NCBI RefSeq assembly: GCF_031769215.1
Contig: NW_026782034.1
Location: forward strand, 434,001 to 498,000
Reading direction: 5' to 3'
Length of the DNA: 64,000 bases
Origin: Ylistrum balloti
Taxonomy: Eukaryota
This document shows positions 29,501 to 44,500 of the stretch, in pieces. The notes under the pieces are model-generated. The model did not search any database. It had not been told where the DNA came from and saw only the letters and a list, made by a program, of their open reading frames with translations. Position numbers and translations under genes: made by a program. The stretch's first letter is position 1, and every line of letters starts with the position of its first letter.

Positions 29501-32500
29501 TAGCAATATAGCTAGACATGTTGCCAGCTTCCTACGAACAATATAGCTAGACATCTTGTCAGCTTCCTGCGAACAATATAGCTAGACATCTTGCCAGCTT
29601 CCTACTAGCAATATAGCTAGGTATGTTGTCAGCTTCCTACTAGCAATATAGCTAGACATCTTGCCAGCTTCCTACTAGCAATATAGCTAGACACCTTGCC
29701 AGCTTCCTACTAGCAATATAGCTAGACATGCTGCCAGCTTCCTACTAGCAATATAGCTAGACATGTTGCCAGCTTTCTGTGAACAATATAGCTAGGCATC
29801 TTGCCAGTTTCTGCTAGCAATATAACTAGACATGTTGCCAGCTTCCTGCTAGCAATATAGCTTGGCATCTTGCCAGCTTCCTGTGAGCAATATAGCTAGA
29901 CAACTTGCCAGCTTCCTGCTAGCAATATCTAGACATCTTGCCAGCTTCCTGGTAGTAATATAGCTAAACATCTTGCCAGCTTTCTGCAAACAATATAGCT
30001 AAACATCTTGCCAGCTTCCTACTAGCAATACAGCTAGACATCTTGCCAGCTTCCTGCGAACAATATAGCTAGACATCTTACCAGCTTCCTACTAGCAATA
30101 TAGCTAGACATCTTACCAGCTTCCTGCTAGCAATATAGCTAGACATCTTGCCAGCTTCCTGCTAGCAATATAGCTAGACATCTTGCCAGCTTCCTGCTAG
30201 CAATATAGCTAGACATCTTGCCAGCTTCCTGCGAGTAATATAGCTAGACATGTTGCCAGCTTCCTGCGAACAATATAGCTAGACATCTTGCCAGCTTCCT
30301 GCTAGCAATTTAGCTAGACATCTTGTCAGCTTCTTACTAGCAATACAGCTAGACATGTTGCCAGCTTCCTGCTAGCAATATAGCTAGACATGTTACCAGA
30401 TTCCTGCTAGCAACATAGCTAGACATCTTGCCAGCTTCCTGGTAGCAATATAGCTAGACAACTTGCCAGCTTCCTGGTAGTAATATAGCTAAACATCTTG
30501 CCAGCTTTCTGCAAACAATATAGCTAAACATCTTGCCAGCTTCCTACTAGCAATACAGCTAGACATGTTGCCAGTTTCCTGCTAGCAATATAGCTAGACA
30601 TCTTGCCAGCTTCCTACTAGCAATATAGCTAGACATGTTGCCAGCTTCCTACGAACAATATAGCTAGACATCTTGTCAGCTTCCTGCGAACAATATAGCT
30701 AGACATCTTGCCAGCTTCCTACTAGCAATATAGCTAGGTATGTTGTCAGCTTCCTACAAGCAATATAGCTAGACATCTTGCCAGTTTCTGCTAGCAATAT
30801 AGCTAGACATGTTACCAGCTTCCTGCTAGCAATATAGCTAGACACCTTGCCAGCTTCCTACTAGCAATATAGCTAGACATGCTGCCAGCTTCCTACTAGC
30901 AATATAGCTAGACATGTTGCCAGCTTTCTGTGAACAATATAGCTAGACATCTTGCCAGCTTTCTACTAGCAATATAGCTAGGCATCTTGCCAGTTTCTGC
31001 TAGCAATATAACTAGACATGTTGCCAGCTTCCTGCTAGCAATATAGCTAGACATCTTGCCAGCTTCCTACTAGCAATATAGCTAGACATCTTGCCAGCTT
31101 CCTGCGAACAATATAGCTAGACATCTTACCAGCTTCCTACTAGCAATATAGCTAGACATCTTACCAGCTTCCTGCTAGCAATATAGCTAGACATCTTGCC
31201 AGCTTCCTGCTAGCAATATAGCTAGACATCTTGCCAGCTTCCTGCTAGCAATATAGCTAGACATCTTGCCAGCTTCCTGCTAGCAATATAGCTAGACATC
31301 TTACCAGCTTCCTACTAGCAATATAGCTAGACATCTTACCAGCTTCCTGCTAGCTATATAGCTAGACAACTTGCCAGCTTCCTACTAGCAATATAGCTAG
31401 ACAACTTGCCAGCTTCCTGCTAGCAATATAGCTAGACATCTTGCCAGCTTCCTACTAGCAATATAGCTAGACATCTTGCCAGCTTCCTGCTAGCAATATA
31501 GCTAGACATGTTGCCAGCTTCCTGCTAGCAATATAGCTAGACATCTTGCCAGCTTCCTGCTAGCAATATAGCTAGACAACTTGCCAGCTTCCTACTAGCA
31601 ATATAGCTAGACATGTTGCCAGCTTTCTGTGAACAATATAGCTAGACATCTTGCCAGCTTTCTACTAGCAATATAGCTAGGTATGTTGTCAGCTTCCTAC
31701 TAGCAATATAGCTAGACATCTTGCCAGTTTCTGCTAGCAATATAACTAGACATGTTGCCAGCTTCCTGCTAGCAATATAGCTAGACATCTTGCCAGCTTC
31801 CTGCTAGCAATATAGCTAGACATCTTGCCAGCTTCCTGCTAGCAATATAGCTAGACATCTTGCCAGCTTCCTGCTAGCAATATAGCTAGACACCTTGCCA
31901 GCTTCCTACTAGCACTAACTAGAAATCTAGCCAATTCGCCTCCTTTTTTTGTTACTGTAGCTGTCTATTGTCCATTAGATCTATTTCTAGAACAAAGGAA
32001 ATATTTTTCCCGAAAGTGACAAGATATAAATATTGAATTGTTAGATAGGAATATGGAAGACCAAATTGGCAGTTAGAGATAGTAAAATGGATCAATTACA
32101 CTGAAAAGTTTTCTAAAAAAGGCAAGTCTGAAGAGATATGAGGACTACCTGCAGATTTGTGGTAGCTAGTTTGGTTTGATGAGCATTAGGAGCCCATGTA
32201 AGTGTTAACACTGAAATGATAATGACATCACAACTATCATAGAAAACAGTGTTTCATTTTATGTCGCAGATCTAGTCTTAAAACAATATTTTTATTAAGA
32301 TTTGTGTCTCTGCTATTCCACCAGGTCCCAACAAAATTTTTGAGTACTTAATTATCCCCAGGATGTGTAATTAAGAATCTGTTTTTGATGTTAATGGCCA
32401 TTTATTAAAGAACTTAATCACTTGCAACACATCATCAAGCTGGGTGATATGACAGCTAATTACAGCAATTTAGTGCTGATATTTAATATCTTATTTATGT

Positions 32501-35500
32501 GATTACTGAGGTGGTATCTAAAACAAGAATTAATACTATGAGTTAAAATAAAACTTATCATTAAAAAATTGTTTCAAGTGTCAATGTAATCAGAATATGA
32601 TGTCTATGAAAATGTTGGGGCTGACTGAGTTTTATCATTAGTAGTTCTCAATTCCAGACAGAAATTATCAATTATGGCAGTCACCAATTAGTTGTCTACA
32701 TAAATAAAATTGGCCTTATTTTTCTTTTTGGTTTGAAACAGTGACCTAACTGTAGCCTGTAACAGGGCAATGGGTGTTACACAAAATGTAAGTAAGGACT
32801 GATCTATAATAATAAAACTTTATTTATTTTACAACAATTGCGAAACAAGTTTTTCAAACTTATATTAATCACTCTTGTTGGCTCAGATGGAAGCACACGA
32901 GGGGTCTTAGTGTGGAAGGAAACCAGAGTCCACGGGGAAAACCAACATGGTCGGGCAGGTGACACTATATCTTTTCACATCCATTCCAGGAATCAATCCC
33001 AAACGAACACCCAACTGATCTGAGACACTGACCTAGGTTCGAGGTCACATGACAATGGGTGTTGCACAAAATGTAAGTAAGGACTGGTCAGAGATACTGA
33101 CCTAGGTTAGAGGACACATGACAATGGGTGTTGCACAAAATGTAAGTAAGGACTGGTCAGAGATACTGACCTAGGTTAGAGGACACATGACAATGGGTGT
33201 TGCACAAAATGTATGTAAGGACTGATCTGAGACATTGACCTAGTTTAGAGGACACATGACAATGGGTGTTGCACAAAATGTAAGTAAGGACTGATCTGAG
33301 ACATTGACCTAGTTTAGAGGACACATGACAATGGGTGTTGCACAAAATGTAAGTAAGGACTGGTCAGAGACACTGACCTAGGTTAGAGGACACATGACAA
33401 TGGGTGTTGCACAAAATGTAAGTAAGGACTGATCTGAGACATTGACCTAGTTTAGAGGTCACATGACCATGGGTGTTGCACAAAATGTAAGTAAGGACTG
33501 GTCAGAGACATTGACCTAGGTTAGAGGACACATGACAATGGGTGTTGCACAAAATGTAAGTAAGGACTGATCTGAGACACTGACCTAGTTTAGAGGACAC
33601 ATGACAATGGGTGTTGCACAAAATGTAAGTAAGGACTGATCTGAGACACTGACTAGTTTAGAGGACACATGACAATGGGTGTTGCACAAAATGTAAGTAA
33701 GGACTGATCTGAGACATTGACCTAGGTTAGAGGACACATGACAATGGGTGTTGCACAAAATGTAAGTAAGGACTGATCTGAGACACTGACCTAGTTTAGA
33801 GGACACATGACAATGGGTGTTGCACAAAATGTAAGTAAGGACTGATCAGAGACACTGACCTAGTTTAGAGGACACATGACAATGGGTGTTGCACAAAATG
33901 TGTAAGACTGATCTGAGACACTGACCTAGTTTAGGACAATGGGTGTTGCACAAAACTGATCTGAGACACTGACTAGTTTAGAGGACACATGACAATGGGT
34001 GTTGCACAAAATGTAAGTAAGGACTGATCTGAGACAGGTTTAGAGGACACATGACAATGGGTGTTGCACAAAATGTAAGTAAGGACTGATCTGAGACACT
34101 GACCTAGTTTAGAGGACACATGACAATGGGTGTTGCACAAAATGTAAGTAAGGACTGATCTGAGACACTGACCTAGTTTAGAGGACACATGACAATGGGT
34201 GTTGCACAAAATGTAAGTAAGGACTGAGACACTGACCTAGTTTAGAGGACACATGACAATGGGTGTTGCACAAAATGTAAGTAAGGACTGATCTGAGACA
34301 CTGACCTAGTTTAGAGGACACATGACAATGGGTGTTGCACAAAATGTAAGTAAGGACTGATCTGAGACATTGACCTAGTTTAGAGGACACATGACAATGG
34401 GTGTTGCACAAAATGTAAGTAAGGACTGATCTGAGACATTGACCTAGTTTAGAGGACACATGACAATGGGTGTTGCACAAAATGTAAGTAAGGACTGATC
34501 TGAGACATTGACCTAGTTTAGAGGACACATGACAATGGGTGTTGCACAAAATGTAAGTAAGGACTGATCTGAGACATTGACCTAGTTTAGAGGACACATG
34601 ACAATGGGTGTTGCACAAAATGTAAGTAAGGACTGATCTGAGACATTGACCTAGTTTAGAGGACACATGACAATGGGTGTTGCACAAAATGTAAGTAAGG
34701 ACTGATCTGAGACATTGACCTAGTTTAGAGGACACATGACAATGGGTGTTGCACAAAATGTAAGTAAGGACTGATCTGAGACATTGACCTAGTTTAGAGG
34801 ACACATGACAATGGGTGTTGCACAAAATGTAAGTAAGGACTGATCTGAGACATTGACCTAGTTTAGAGGACACATGACAATGGGTGTTGCACAAAATGTA
34901 AGTAAGGACTGATCTGAGACATTGACCTAGTTTAGAGGACACATGACAATGGTTGTTGCACAAAATGTAAGTAAGGACTGATCTGAGACACTGACATAGT
35001 TTAGAGGACACATGACAATGGGTGTTGCACAAAATGTAAGTAAGGACTGATCTGAGACATTGACCTAGGTTAGAGGACACATGACAATGGGTGTTGCACA
35101 AAATGTAAGTAAGGACTGATCAGAGACACTGACCTAGTTTAGAGGACACATGACAATGGGTGTTGCACAAAATGTAAGTAAGGACTGATCAGAGACACTG
35201 ACCTAGTTTAGAGGACACATGACAATGGGTGTTGCACAAAATGTAAGTAAGGACTGATCTGAGACACTGACCTAGTTTAGAGGACACATGACAATGGGTG
35301 TTGCACAAAATGTAAGTAAGGACTGATCTGAGACACTGACCTAGTTTAGAGGACACATGACAATGGGTGTTGCACAAAATGTAAGTAAGGACTGATCTGA
35401 GACATTGACCTGGGCTTACAAGTAGATACAAGACCTTGGCATTATATCATCACCTCTCAGGTCTAGACTGAAACCCAAACTCCTGGTCAGACATGGACTA

Positions 35501-38500
35501 AAGGACGCCACCAGAAAATCTGTAATTCTTTTCCTTAAAGATCAAAACATATTTCCATGTTATCACCAATGCCTTCTGTCTCCAGTTATCACCCTTCAAA
35601 GGTCTCGGGTCCAATATAATGAATCACTTCAATTGTGGGATTCCTGGACAAATGTCAGATTGTATCATGTCTACTTTGGTGTGGTATACATGCTTTCAAG
35701 AAAATAATAGATAGTGTACTGATGTTTACATGGATTTTATTTGAAAGCCAGAAAAATGCAAATGTTTATCAGGTCAGCAACCTCAGTATTACTTCCTGGT
35801 ACCCTGTGTGATTGAAAGCTAGGTTCTTTTCCATTTATCTAACCTTTCATATCTGTTTACCTATTGAAGATTCTATAGACTCTATATCCAAAACATTATC
35901 ACCAACTGTTGATCAGCTTCAGGACCACCTGTTTTATACACAAAACTTTACCTTTGTACATATTCCTTCGCTTTAAACAGTTAAATCTAGGTTACAATTT
36001 TGTTTCATAAAGACCAGAAATGCTTTAAAAATTTGAATGTTAAGTTGTTAAAAAACCTTCATTGAAAGCGTAAATAACGAGAAAACTTTGTACGTCTTGT
36101 TCCATTCTTACTTGATAAAAATATCTGCACCTGATAATGAGGTTCTCTTGACAATTAATTCTAACTAAGAAAATTGATTTATTACTGAATCTATTTTATA
36201 TCATTATCATGTAATGAAAATAAATGATCAAACATTGATCACATTATTGTAACTGTATAACACAAAAGCCCACACTCTGGAAAACTTCTCATTTCACATC
36301 ACACAAGGTTATTCATATCAGAAAATACTGTAAAGTTTGCCAATGTTTTACATCTAACTACATCTTAAAGATATTTGTAGCCCACTTCTCCAGTACATTC
36401 ATAGCTTCTTGTTTCTGACATCAAAGACAATATGGACAATGGTATGTAACCAGGATTATGAATATGCTTGTTTTATCTACCTCCTGCGCATAGCAATTAA
36501 TGAGAAGGGCATCAAGTGCATCCCACGGAGCTCCCACCCCCACCCTGAACCCATTCTTCTCTATAAATAGAGAACAATGAAGGGAACATGGTGTACTCTC
36601 TGTAGCAATCAGTAGGGGGGGAGGATAAGGTACACAATGTATAACGGAACTCTTCAACTCTATACAGACATGTTGGACGCAATATACCCTCAGTCAGACA
36701 GATCTTAACCTTGATCAGATACGCCTAACAAACCAGTGGTCAGAGTTTGATCCCTAATGGATGCAACTGAAAAATAATGACTTCTGTTAAAATGAGCTGA
36801 TGCAGTCTCCTTAAACGAAACAATTGAAATATCAGTAAACCAGGAAATAATGTACTCCAAAATTCACATCAAAACATAAGACTATAAGATATCAAAAATG
36901 TACACCATGTTAATGCCCCTGATTGAATTACATATGATTTAAGTATATAAAGTTTTAAGTGGTTTAGAAGATATGGCCTATGTTGGTGAAAAAGACTTGT
37001 AAAGTGGAGCATCTGAAGGCCAGCCTACATGAATCGGGTCACAGCATTAAAACCACAAACAAGTTTATATTGTTGTACATCAAACTGTCACCAGGTCTAT
37101 ATTTAGCCTACAACTAATGATTCCTGCTTAAGATAGCTGCTAAGGCTTCCATTTTATGTAACACAGGGATTACTTAACTCTACAAATAATCAATATATAT
37201 CTATCGTACACAGTAAGAAACCCCAGCATCAATGTGTTATCTAGTTTTAGTCGAGATCCTATCCCCAGAAAAACCTTCAGGCTTCATGTAATCATTGACA
37301 CAACAGTTATAATGAACTGACCTGAACATATAGGTCTCTAGTGACAGGCTTCTCAACTGACCCAATAGATATGTAGCATTCACCTCCTGTATAACACCTT
37401 GTTGATAACCAAGGAAGGTCAATATCTAAGTTATAGTGATAAGGAACTCTTTTGAAACAGAGGCAATTTTAGACATTCTAAAGTGGCAACTATGGTAATT
37501 ATTCAAGCATGATGGCAAATACCAAGTTTGATGATGTTTAACAAACCAAAATTTTTATTTCTTCACGTATATCTGATGGTGGCAGAAAAACTTCTCTGTA
37601 AATGGAGGTTCAACCCAATAATTCCTTACTGATAAGGAATATTCCACCAAGTGTTTCTTTCAGTTTGCTTTAGAATGTCATTTAAACTTTACCATGTGAC
37701 TGCATTGAGGCGCTTTTTTCCATTATAAGAATAGCTGTAGAAATTTTAAAAGGTTAAAATATTTAATTTTCTCATTTCAGATATATTTTCCACTTCTACA
37801 CTAAGCCATTTACATCTGAAAATATTACAGTATATTGAAAATCTTGCAGACTTTTTAACTCTGCCACGAGAAATTCAAAGAAGGAGGAAAACTCTGCATT
37901 CAGGATAGCTCCTATTTCATGTAAAAACCAGTTTATTTCATTATCAATGCCCTTTACCCCTACATATAAAGTGAAAAGTAACCAGTCTTAATTTTTACCA
38001 AATTTGAGTTGAACAAGTTAATTTTAGCTCTTACAACACCATTTTAAGACAAATTCAAAAGATCTAACAATAGTATATGAGGATGAGAACTGTTGACCTT
38101 TAGTTGTATGATCATACCTATATCAACCTGCCATATATGTACTTCCTAACAGATTCTATACATCTATTTTGCAGGTTAGCACCACAGACAAATTATATGG
38201 TAGATTTAGCATCAACACCTCCAGTTCTCTAAGGTCTACTGGACTTGTCCAGTCTATCAAAGGAAAGCTCTCTGGCAGCAGACTTCATTGACAGAAACAC
38301 ATACGGCTAATGGACCCCAAAATTGATGCTAGATTCTGGTCAACAGTACAAGCTTTCTCCATTAGATATACTATAACAGTCTCAATATTCACAACAGCAA
38401 CAGAGAACGTCTGTTTTACATGCAAATACTGACCTGTACAATACCTTCTATAAAACATTTTCACCAGCAATGCCATCAAATGTATTACAATATTGTAATA

Positions 38501-41500
38501 CATATGTAATTAAGCTATTAATTAAATGCACATTCAAAGAAAAATAACTACCAACAGAAAAAACTGTTTACATCTTCACATTCCTACATCAGGTAGGAGT
38601 AACAGCAGTCCCTTACATGGTTTGTGGAGTGGAGGTTTAATGAATGGAACCATCACATAACAGTCCTAATCTCCAACGGTATAAACAGAACTTATCAATG
38701 CCAACAAGTGCTTGGATCTCTAGAAAATTGTTACTAACACCCTTCATGAACAACTTTGAGCCCTAATCCTATTCCTGAAGACAAATGAAGCTTCCCCCGA
38801 TAAAGCCTTCTTGCTGTTTCTTTGGTTGACTACTTTCTCCTGTAGGTGTAAAGCTTGACACACAACGTGTCAGGATAATTTTGTCATAAATACTACTCCT
38901 GATTAAGGGTAATGAATTGGATATAAGACGCATCTTAATTTGCTTGGTCTGAAAATGGAAGCACATGTTGCTGGATATTTGTCCAGTCATGTTCTGAAGC
39001 CTGTCATAGACATCAAACGGAGGGACGAGCAGGCCTACCAAGCAGGCCTACCGATCCCCTGGTACTGTTGAGCTCATTAACGACGACTATATTCATAAGA
39101 TATATGTAGAGTACCACAGTTTCTACACAGTGAGCAGTTTGATGGTCATCAACAATGCTTGAGAGAGGGTGACTCACACACAGTATCTAACCCCAGGTAG
39201 CTATACCCTAACAGGATAAATGGTCTGAACACTCACCTCATATCAACATACCACAAAAACCATTTAATCAATACAGTGAATTAGAAAGCTGTTGCTACAC
39301 AAAGATATAATACAACCTTGCCTCTGTGATTGAATGTCATCACTTGGTTGCTCGCCAACATTTGAGGATGCTAAACGAAACTTTAAATCGCAAATTACAA
39401 AATACTGAAAAAAGTACCTTTCTATTCAGACAAATTCTAAATCACAAATTACAAAATACTGAAAAAAGTACCTTTCTATTCAGACAAATTCTAAATCACA
39501 AATTACAAAATACTGAAAAAAGTACCTTTCTATTTATACTTATAATAAGAGAACATTCCATCTCTTTATGATTAATTTTGACTTTAAATCTCCAACACGT
39601 TTTAGGATGAAACAATCATGATTGTGATTTATTGGTATAATATTTCACCTCATTATTTCGATCCATGTAGGTTGGCAATCCTGTTCAATACTGCTATATG
39701 CAAGCTGTGTATTAATTACTAACAAATTAATTTTATCATACATCTGTGAATCTAAAATTGTGTTAACCCTCATCTTGACCTTCAACTCTGTGAATGAAAC
39801 AGAAGCCTGCCATTCAAGAGCAGTGCAGTTTCTGGATGGGAGATTCCGGCAAGGTGATGGAGTTCACCATAAACAAAATTAAACATTTCCTGTACATGTA
39901 GCAGCACATGGCCGTTCTGATGTTATGCTTTATATCTGTTATATACTGATATCCTTTCTACTCCATCTATGATGGCGAGTTACATCTGACATCAAAACAC
40001 AGATCTCCTCACTGAGAGACTAAGCTGTTTTAACTAAAGGTCTCGTTACTGCCAGCTGGTGTGAAAGTTCAGTTAAGAATATTTCATAAAATCAGCAATT
40101 CTTTTTATCCAAATGATATGTGGTTTAATGGAACAAAAATGCAATGAAAATGTTGTAAAGTAATTAGTGAGCAACATTAAGTGTTTTTTGAATGTGGGAT
40201 AACAGATCTAGATCATTACAGCAGCTACAAGGTTATCCAAAGCTTTGACAGCAATTATCAAAACTACTGTATTTATCCTGCAATAAGCCCCAGGGACCAT
40301 AACTCTGTATCAAATGTACAGGGTTTCCTTTTATTTCAATGCGTCCACTGGGGACCAAACATGTACACTGGACCTCTTGCTCACTAGTCTTACATACATA
40401 CCAGCTAGGATTTATCTACATTGCATACCCTATTTATATAATCCCCTTACCCTACTCTTAATGTTCAGTATCAAAATTTAGGGAGGACAGAAAAGAATTC
40501 ATCCACATGTTTTCAGAGTCACAGAGATGTCTGTGGGACAATATAAAGTGAATATCACTCCTGAACCACCATATTGGTATCAGTGTAACAAAATTCACTA
40601 TTTATTTCAATGCCTCTGTTAGGGATCAAACCTGTTACCTTTGGTGCACTTGTCTACATGTATGTTCAAACAATCAAGCTAAGTAGAAATTTCCTCAATA
40701 TAGCCATTACCAGGCTAGGATTTACTAGGGTTACAATGTAATACAATAGTATGTGTTGAAAAAGCCACTGGACAGCAATAGCTATAGGTGAGCCACACAG
40801 ACATGGGCTTATCTCCTGATAGATAATTGTATATTCACAGCAATAACATATAAAGTGGTTAAAATCTACTAATTTTATTTATATTTCTTAAATAATTTCA
40901 GATATAACATTCAAAATAGAATTCCTCAAAGTTTAAAAAGTCATTCTCTGCATGTCAGAATGTAATCACCATATATATCATTCACATACCATATTGTAAT
41001 GAAGTATAACGTCAAATCTTGTACTTTCCAACACATCTACATCAAGATACACAAGACGCTATGATGGTGCTTATTTCTACAGATCACGATTTAAATTTCC
41101 AATGTACTGTACAAAGTGGAGTCCATTGCATGCATGTGTTTATATACATATGATATATATAAATCATGATGCCAAATGCGATACTGTACTCTTTCCAAAT
41201 CTGCATAATATCTGTATAATTCTACACCAAAAACCATTGAAATTGATTTAATCAGCATTTAATCACAAGTTTTTGCTAAGAAACAGCAAGCACTTGTAAT
41301 TTCATGATAAATGGATAGAAATTCACCACAAATTTACTCTTTTGTGAAAAGCCAGGTTTATTTAGAATCTGGTGGGAACTATGACGGCTCTACGTAAATA
41401 CCTAAGACTGTTTTTGACATCAGCACAACCATCCAGTATATGTAGACAATCTGGTACACTGTACTTATACCTTCATGTACACCTCAAAACACCATCACCA

Positions 41501-44500
41501 GGGAGTCTTCCTTACACTAAACATTCCTGCTACCCCAGTATTACATCTGTATTTCAGCTCGTTTCCAGCATTTTTTTTAAACATTTGAGAGAGTCGATAC
41601 TGAGGTTAACAGTGAGCTGAATTTACATCATGAAGTCAATTTTTTTCCATTAAAATGTCCACAACACTTCTGTAAACATACCTAATTTAGCTATAAAATC
41701 TTATTTCAGTGCATTTCACCCACAAAGTTTGCAATGAAATATGACTTCAGTAATTGCATTGTCTGTATGCAATTTTTATGTATAGCAATTATTGTGGTTG
41801 CACAAATTCATCGTCATGGTAATTTGCCAAAAAATAAAGCACTAAATTTGATTGCATAGAATTAAGAACATTTATAATACAGAAGCTGATACACCTGGCT
41901 GATCTGTGGATTGAAGTGAAAGTAGGCTGGCCATAACTTTTTATACAGAACACAGTACTAGTATACAGATGTATTAATGTACAAAGTGTCTGTTTGTTTG
42001 TAATATAGAAACAATAACACAGATACTAAGTGATATCTATGCCACCACCTTAATATCTATGTATATACAATAACACCTGGTGATATATACTAAGTGATCT
42101 AGAGATATCTATGCCTCCGCCTCAATATCTATATATATACCATAACACCTGGTGATATCTGTGGCTGACCTCATTGTTAAGTTAGACTGGTGTTAAGATA
42201 CAGTCTACCTAAAGCTAATATGATGTATCAACCTCACTGTTTATGTTAGTTTATGTAAATTACAAATGATTCAACATTAACCAGGACAAAAAATACTGGA
42301 TCAGTATATCCTTCCTATCAATGTAGATGTCAATTCCTTAATTCATTAATTTTCTTCCTGTGTGTCACACATCATGTGAATATCAATCAAATACATAGAA
42401 AATTCCCTATCACACACACACACCCCTCCCACCTCCCTCCTCACACACAAACACATACTCACCCCAGGAAACACACTGGTTATACACAAAATAACACATT
42501 ACACAGCCTTACAATAAGAACCAGGTCATTCAGTTCACACAGTCTGTCTGACTTGAGGATCATCCTGTCAATGTGAGCAATCATTTCATCTGCACACCCC
42601 TCAATATGATTTACTTTTAAGCTAAACAATCAATAGATACATTACCAAGACAGGAAATCTAGTCACAAAGATACCAAATCTTATATATCAACTGTCATAA
42701 ATATACCAGGAAAGTGCGAGACCCAATGCAATTTCTTCATTTAATATACAAGTAACGGTAGTTTGTACTCAGAAACCTTGTTAACAGCTAGACTCATCAA
42801 CAAATACCCTATTCTACCCATTAAGCACCCAGGATTCTAAGAAAATCTCAAATTGAACAGGGGATCTTGTGGGACTATTTCAGACAAGATCAAAATTGTT
42901 CACAACAGGTGAAGTACTTTTTCATTTAAGGTGGCAGAAAAAATGTTGTAACGTTATCATGCAGTAATCTTCTGCTGCTGGAGGACCATATTTGCTTCAA
43001 CAGACTCAATAACTTTCTTGATTGTGCAAAATGTTGATTTTTCCAAAACTAATCAGAATGTTGTACTATAATTAGGACCTTATCAATGGGTACTTACAGG
43101 AATGCAGGCACTTAATCAGTCAAATACTGTACTTGTTACAAGGAGATTCCTCTATAACTAGTGAAACCATCAATTCATAATACCTATCACAAAACTGCAT
43201 CACACAGGATATAAACATTGAATACATAGCTACAGTGCTGTAAAATTCTTTCATCTTCCACAAAAATGCAATGAAATACATCACATACAGACCGTACATA
43301 ACCGAATGCAATTTTGGATCCCAAAAAAGTATTTCACTTTTTCAATAAAACCAGGAGACATAAAAAGAATCTGTGGAATCACAAGACGGAAAGGGAAATC
43401 CCCACAAGGATAATACCGTTACATGTCACACTGACAAGAGTTAACAAGAATTAGTATACCTGGCATATGTATAGAATACCAACAAATATTCCAATTTCCA
43501 TCTCCTAACATAAAGTGTAAATATAGTGACAACACTAGCATATCTTTCCTGACACTACAGATAACAAAAGAGTCAATCTTAACTAAATTTGCATGTCAGT
43601 ATAACAGATATTGCTAGCACATAACTAAAGTCATGTATGGAAGTTTGCATCCATATCATGATCTGTATCTAATTAAACATCTTTAAATGCTTAGGAATTA
43701 AAGTAAACTAACTTTCCCCAGCTGTGTTACTACAAGTACTTGAACTAACTTTCCCCAGCTGTGTTACTACATGTACTTAAAGTTAGATGACAAATTACTT
43801 ATCACCTTTCTAGAGATCACCATCACAATAGGATGTGTGGCAAAATGAATAGACAGTTAATTCTAATGTGTCACATCTAGGTCACATTAAATACACTTCT
43901 CATAGCTCTGTCCCTTACTTCAGTATACATGTACTGAACTCTCCACTTTTTATAACTGGTAAATTTAGAGACTTTTAATTTATCATGGTTTTGCGTTTAA
44001 ACTTACCTGTACATACAAGGAAATGAAAGAGATATTTTGTATAATAGGACTTGCTACTTTCATTGTTAATTTTTAATAAAAACATTCACGCTTTCTTGTC
44101 GGGCTTGATTTTGTGTTTAGTGTTATAACAGGATTTTAACCCCTACTTAACACTTCTCAGTAAAGGATCTCCTTTTGATACATATTTTATATCATATGTT
44201 TTCTATGATTTAGCAAAAATTAACACTTTCAATGCAAATGTATGTACATCTGTTTTCCCCAATCATTTCCGTGTGATGGATGACAGATATATTGATAAAA
44301 TCATCAGTCAATATCAAAGAAACTGACAAAATTATGATTTTAGATCAATCATATTTACCCTTAATAATTCAAGTTTATATTGTACCTGTTCATATAATGT
44401 CTTAACATTGTGTAGTTTAATTTGCTCCTTTATAACACGGCCCTTTTAGAGCAGCGTTTCTATTGAGTTAGCTTAGAGATACAGATCATAGGTCTAAGTA

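Noticed and set aside
33157-35431. Cys/His-rich 307-aa ORF resembling a zinc-finger or metal-binding repeat protein
   Set aside because: It is a by-product of a 69-bp (multiple of 3) DNA repeat; no synonymous-site bias is visible and no flanking splice or start context was found.
38285-39041. Two minus-strand ORFs (72 and 90 aa) as exons or retroelement remnants
   Set aside because: No recognisable motif, and candidate splice-bounded frames contain stops.
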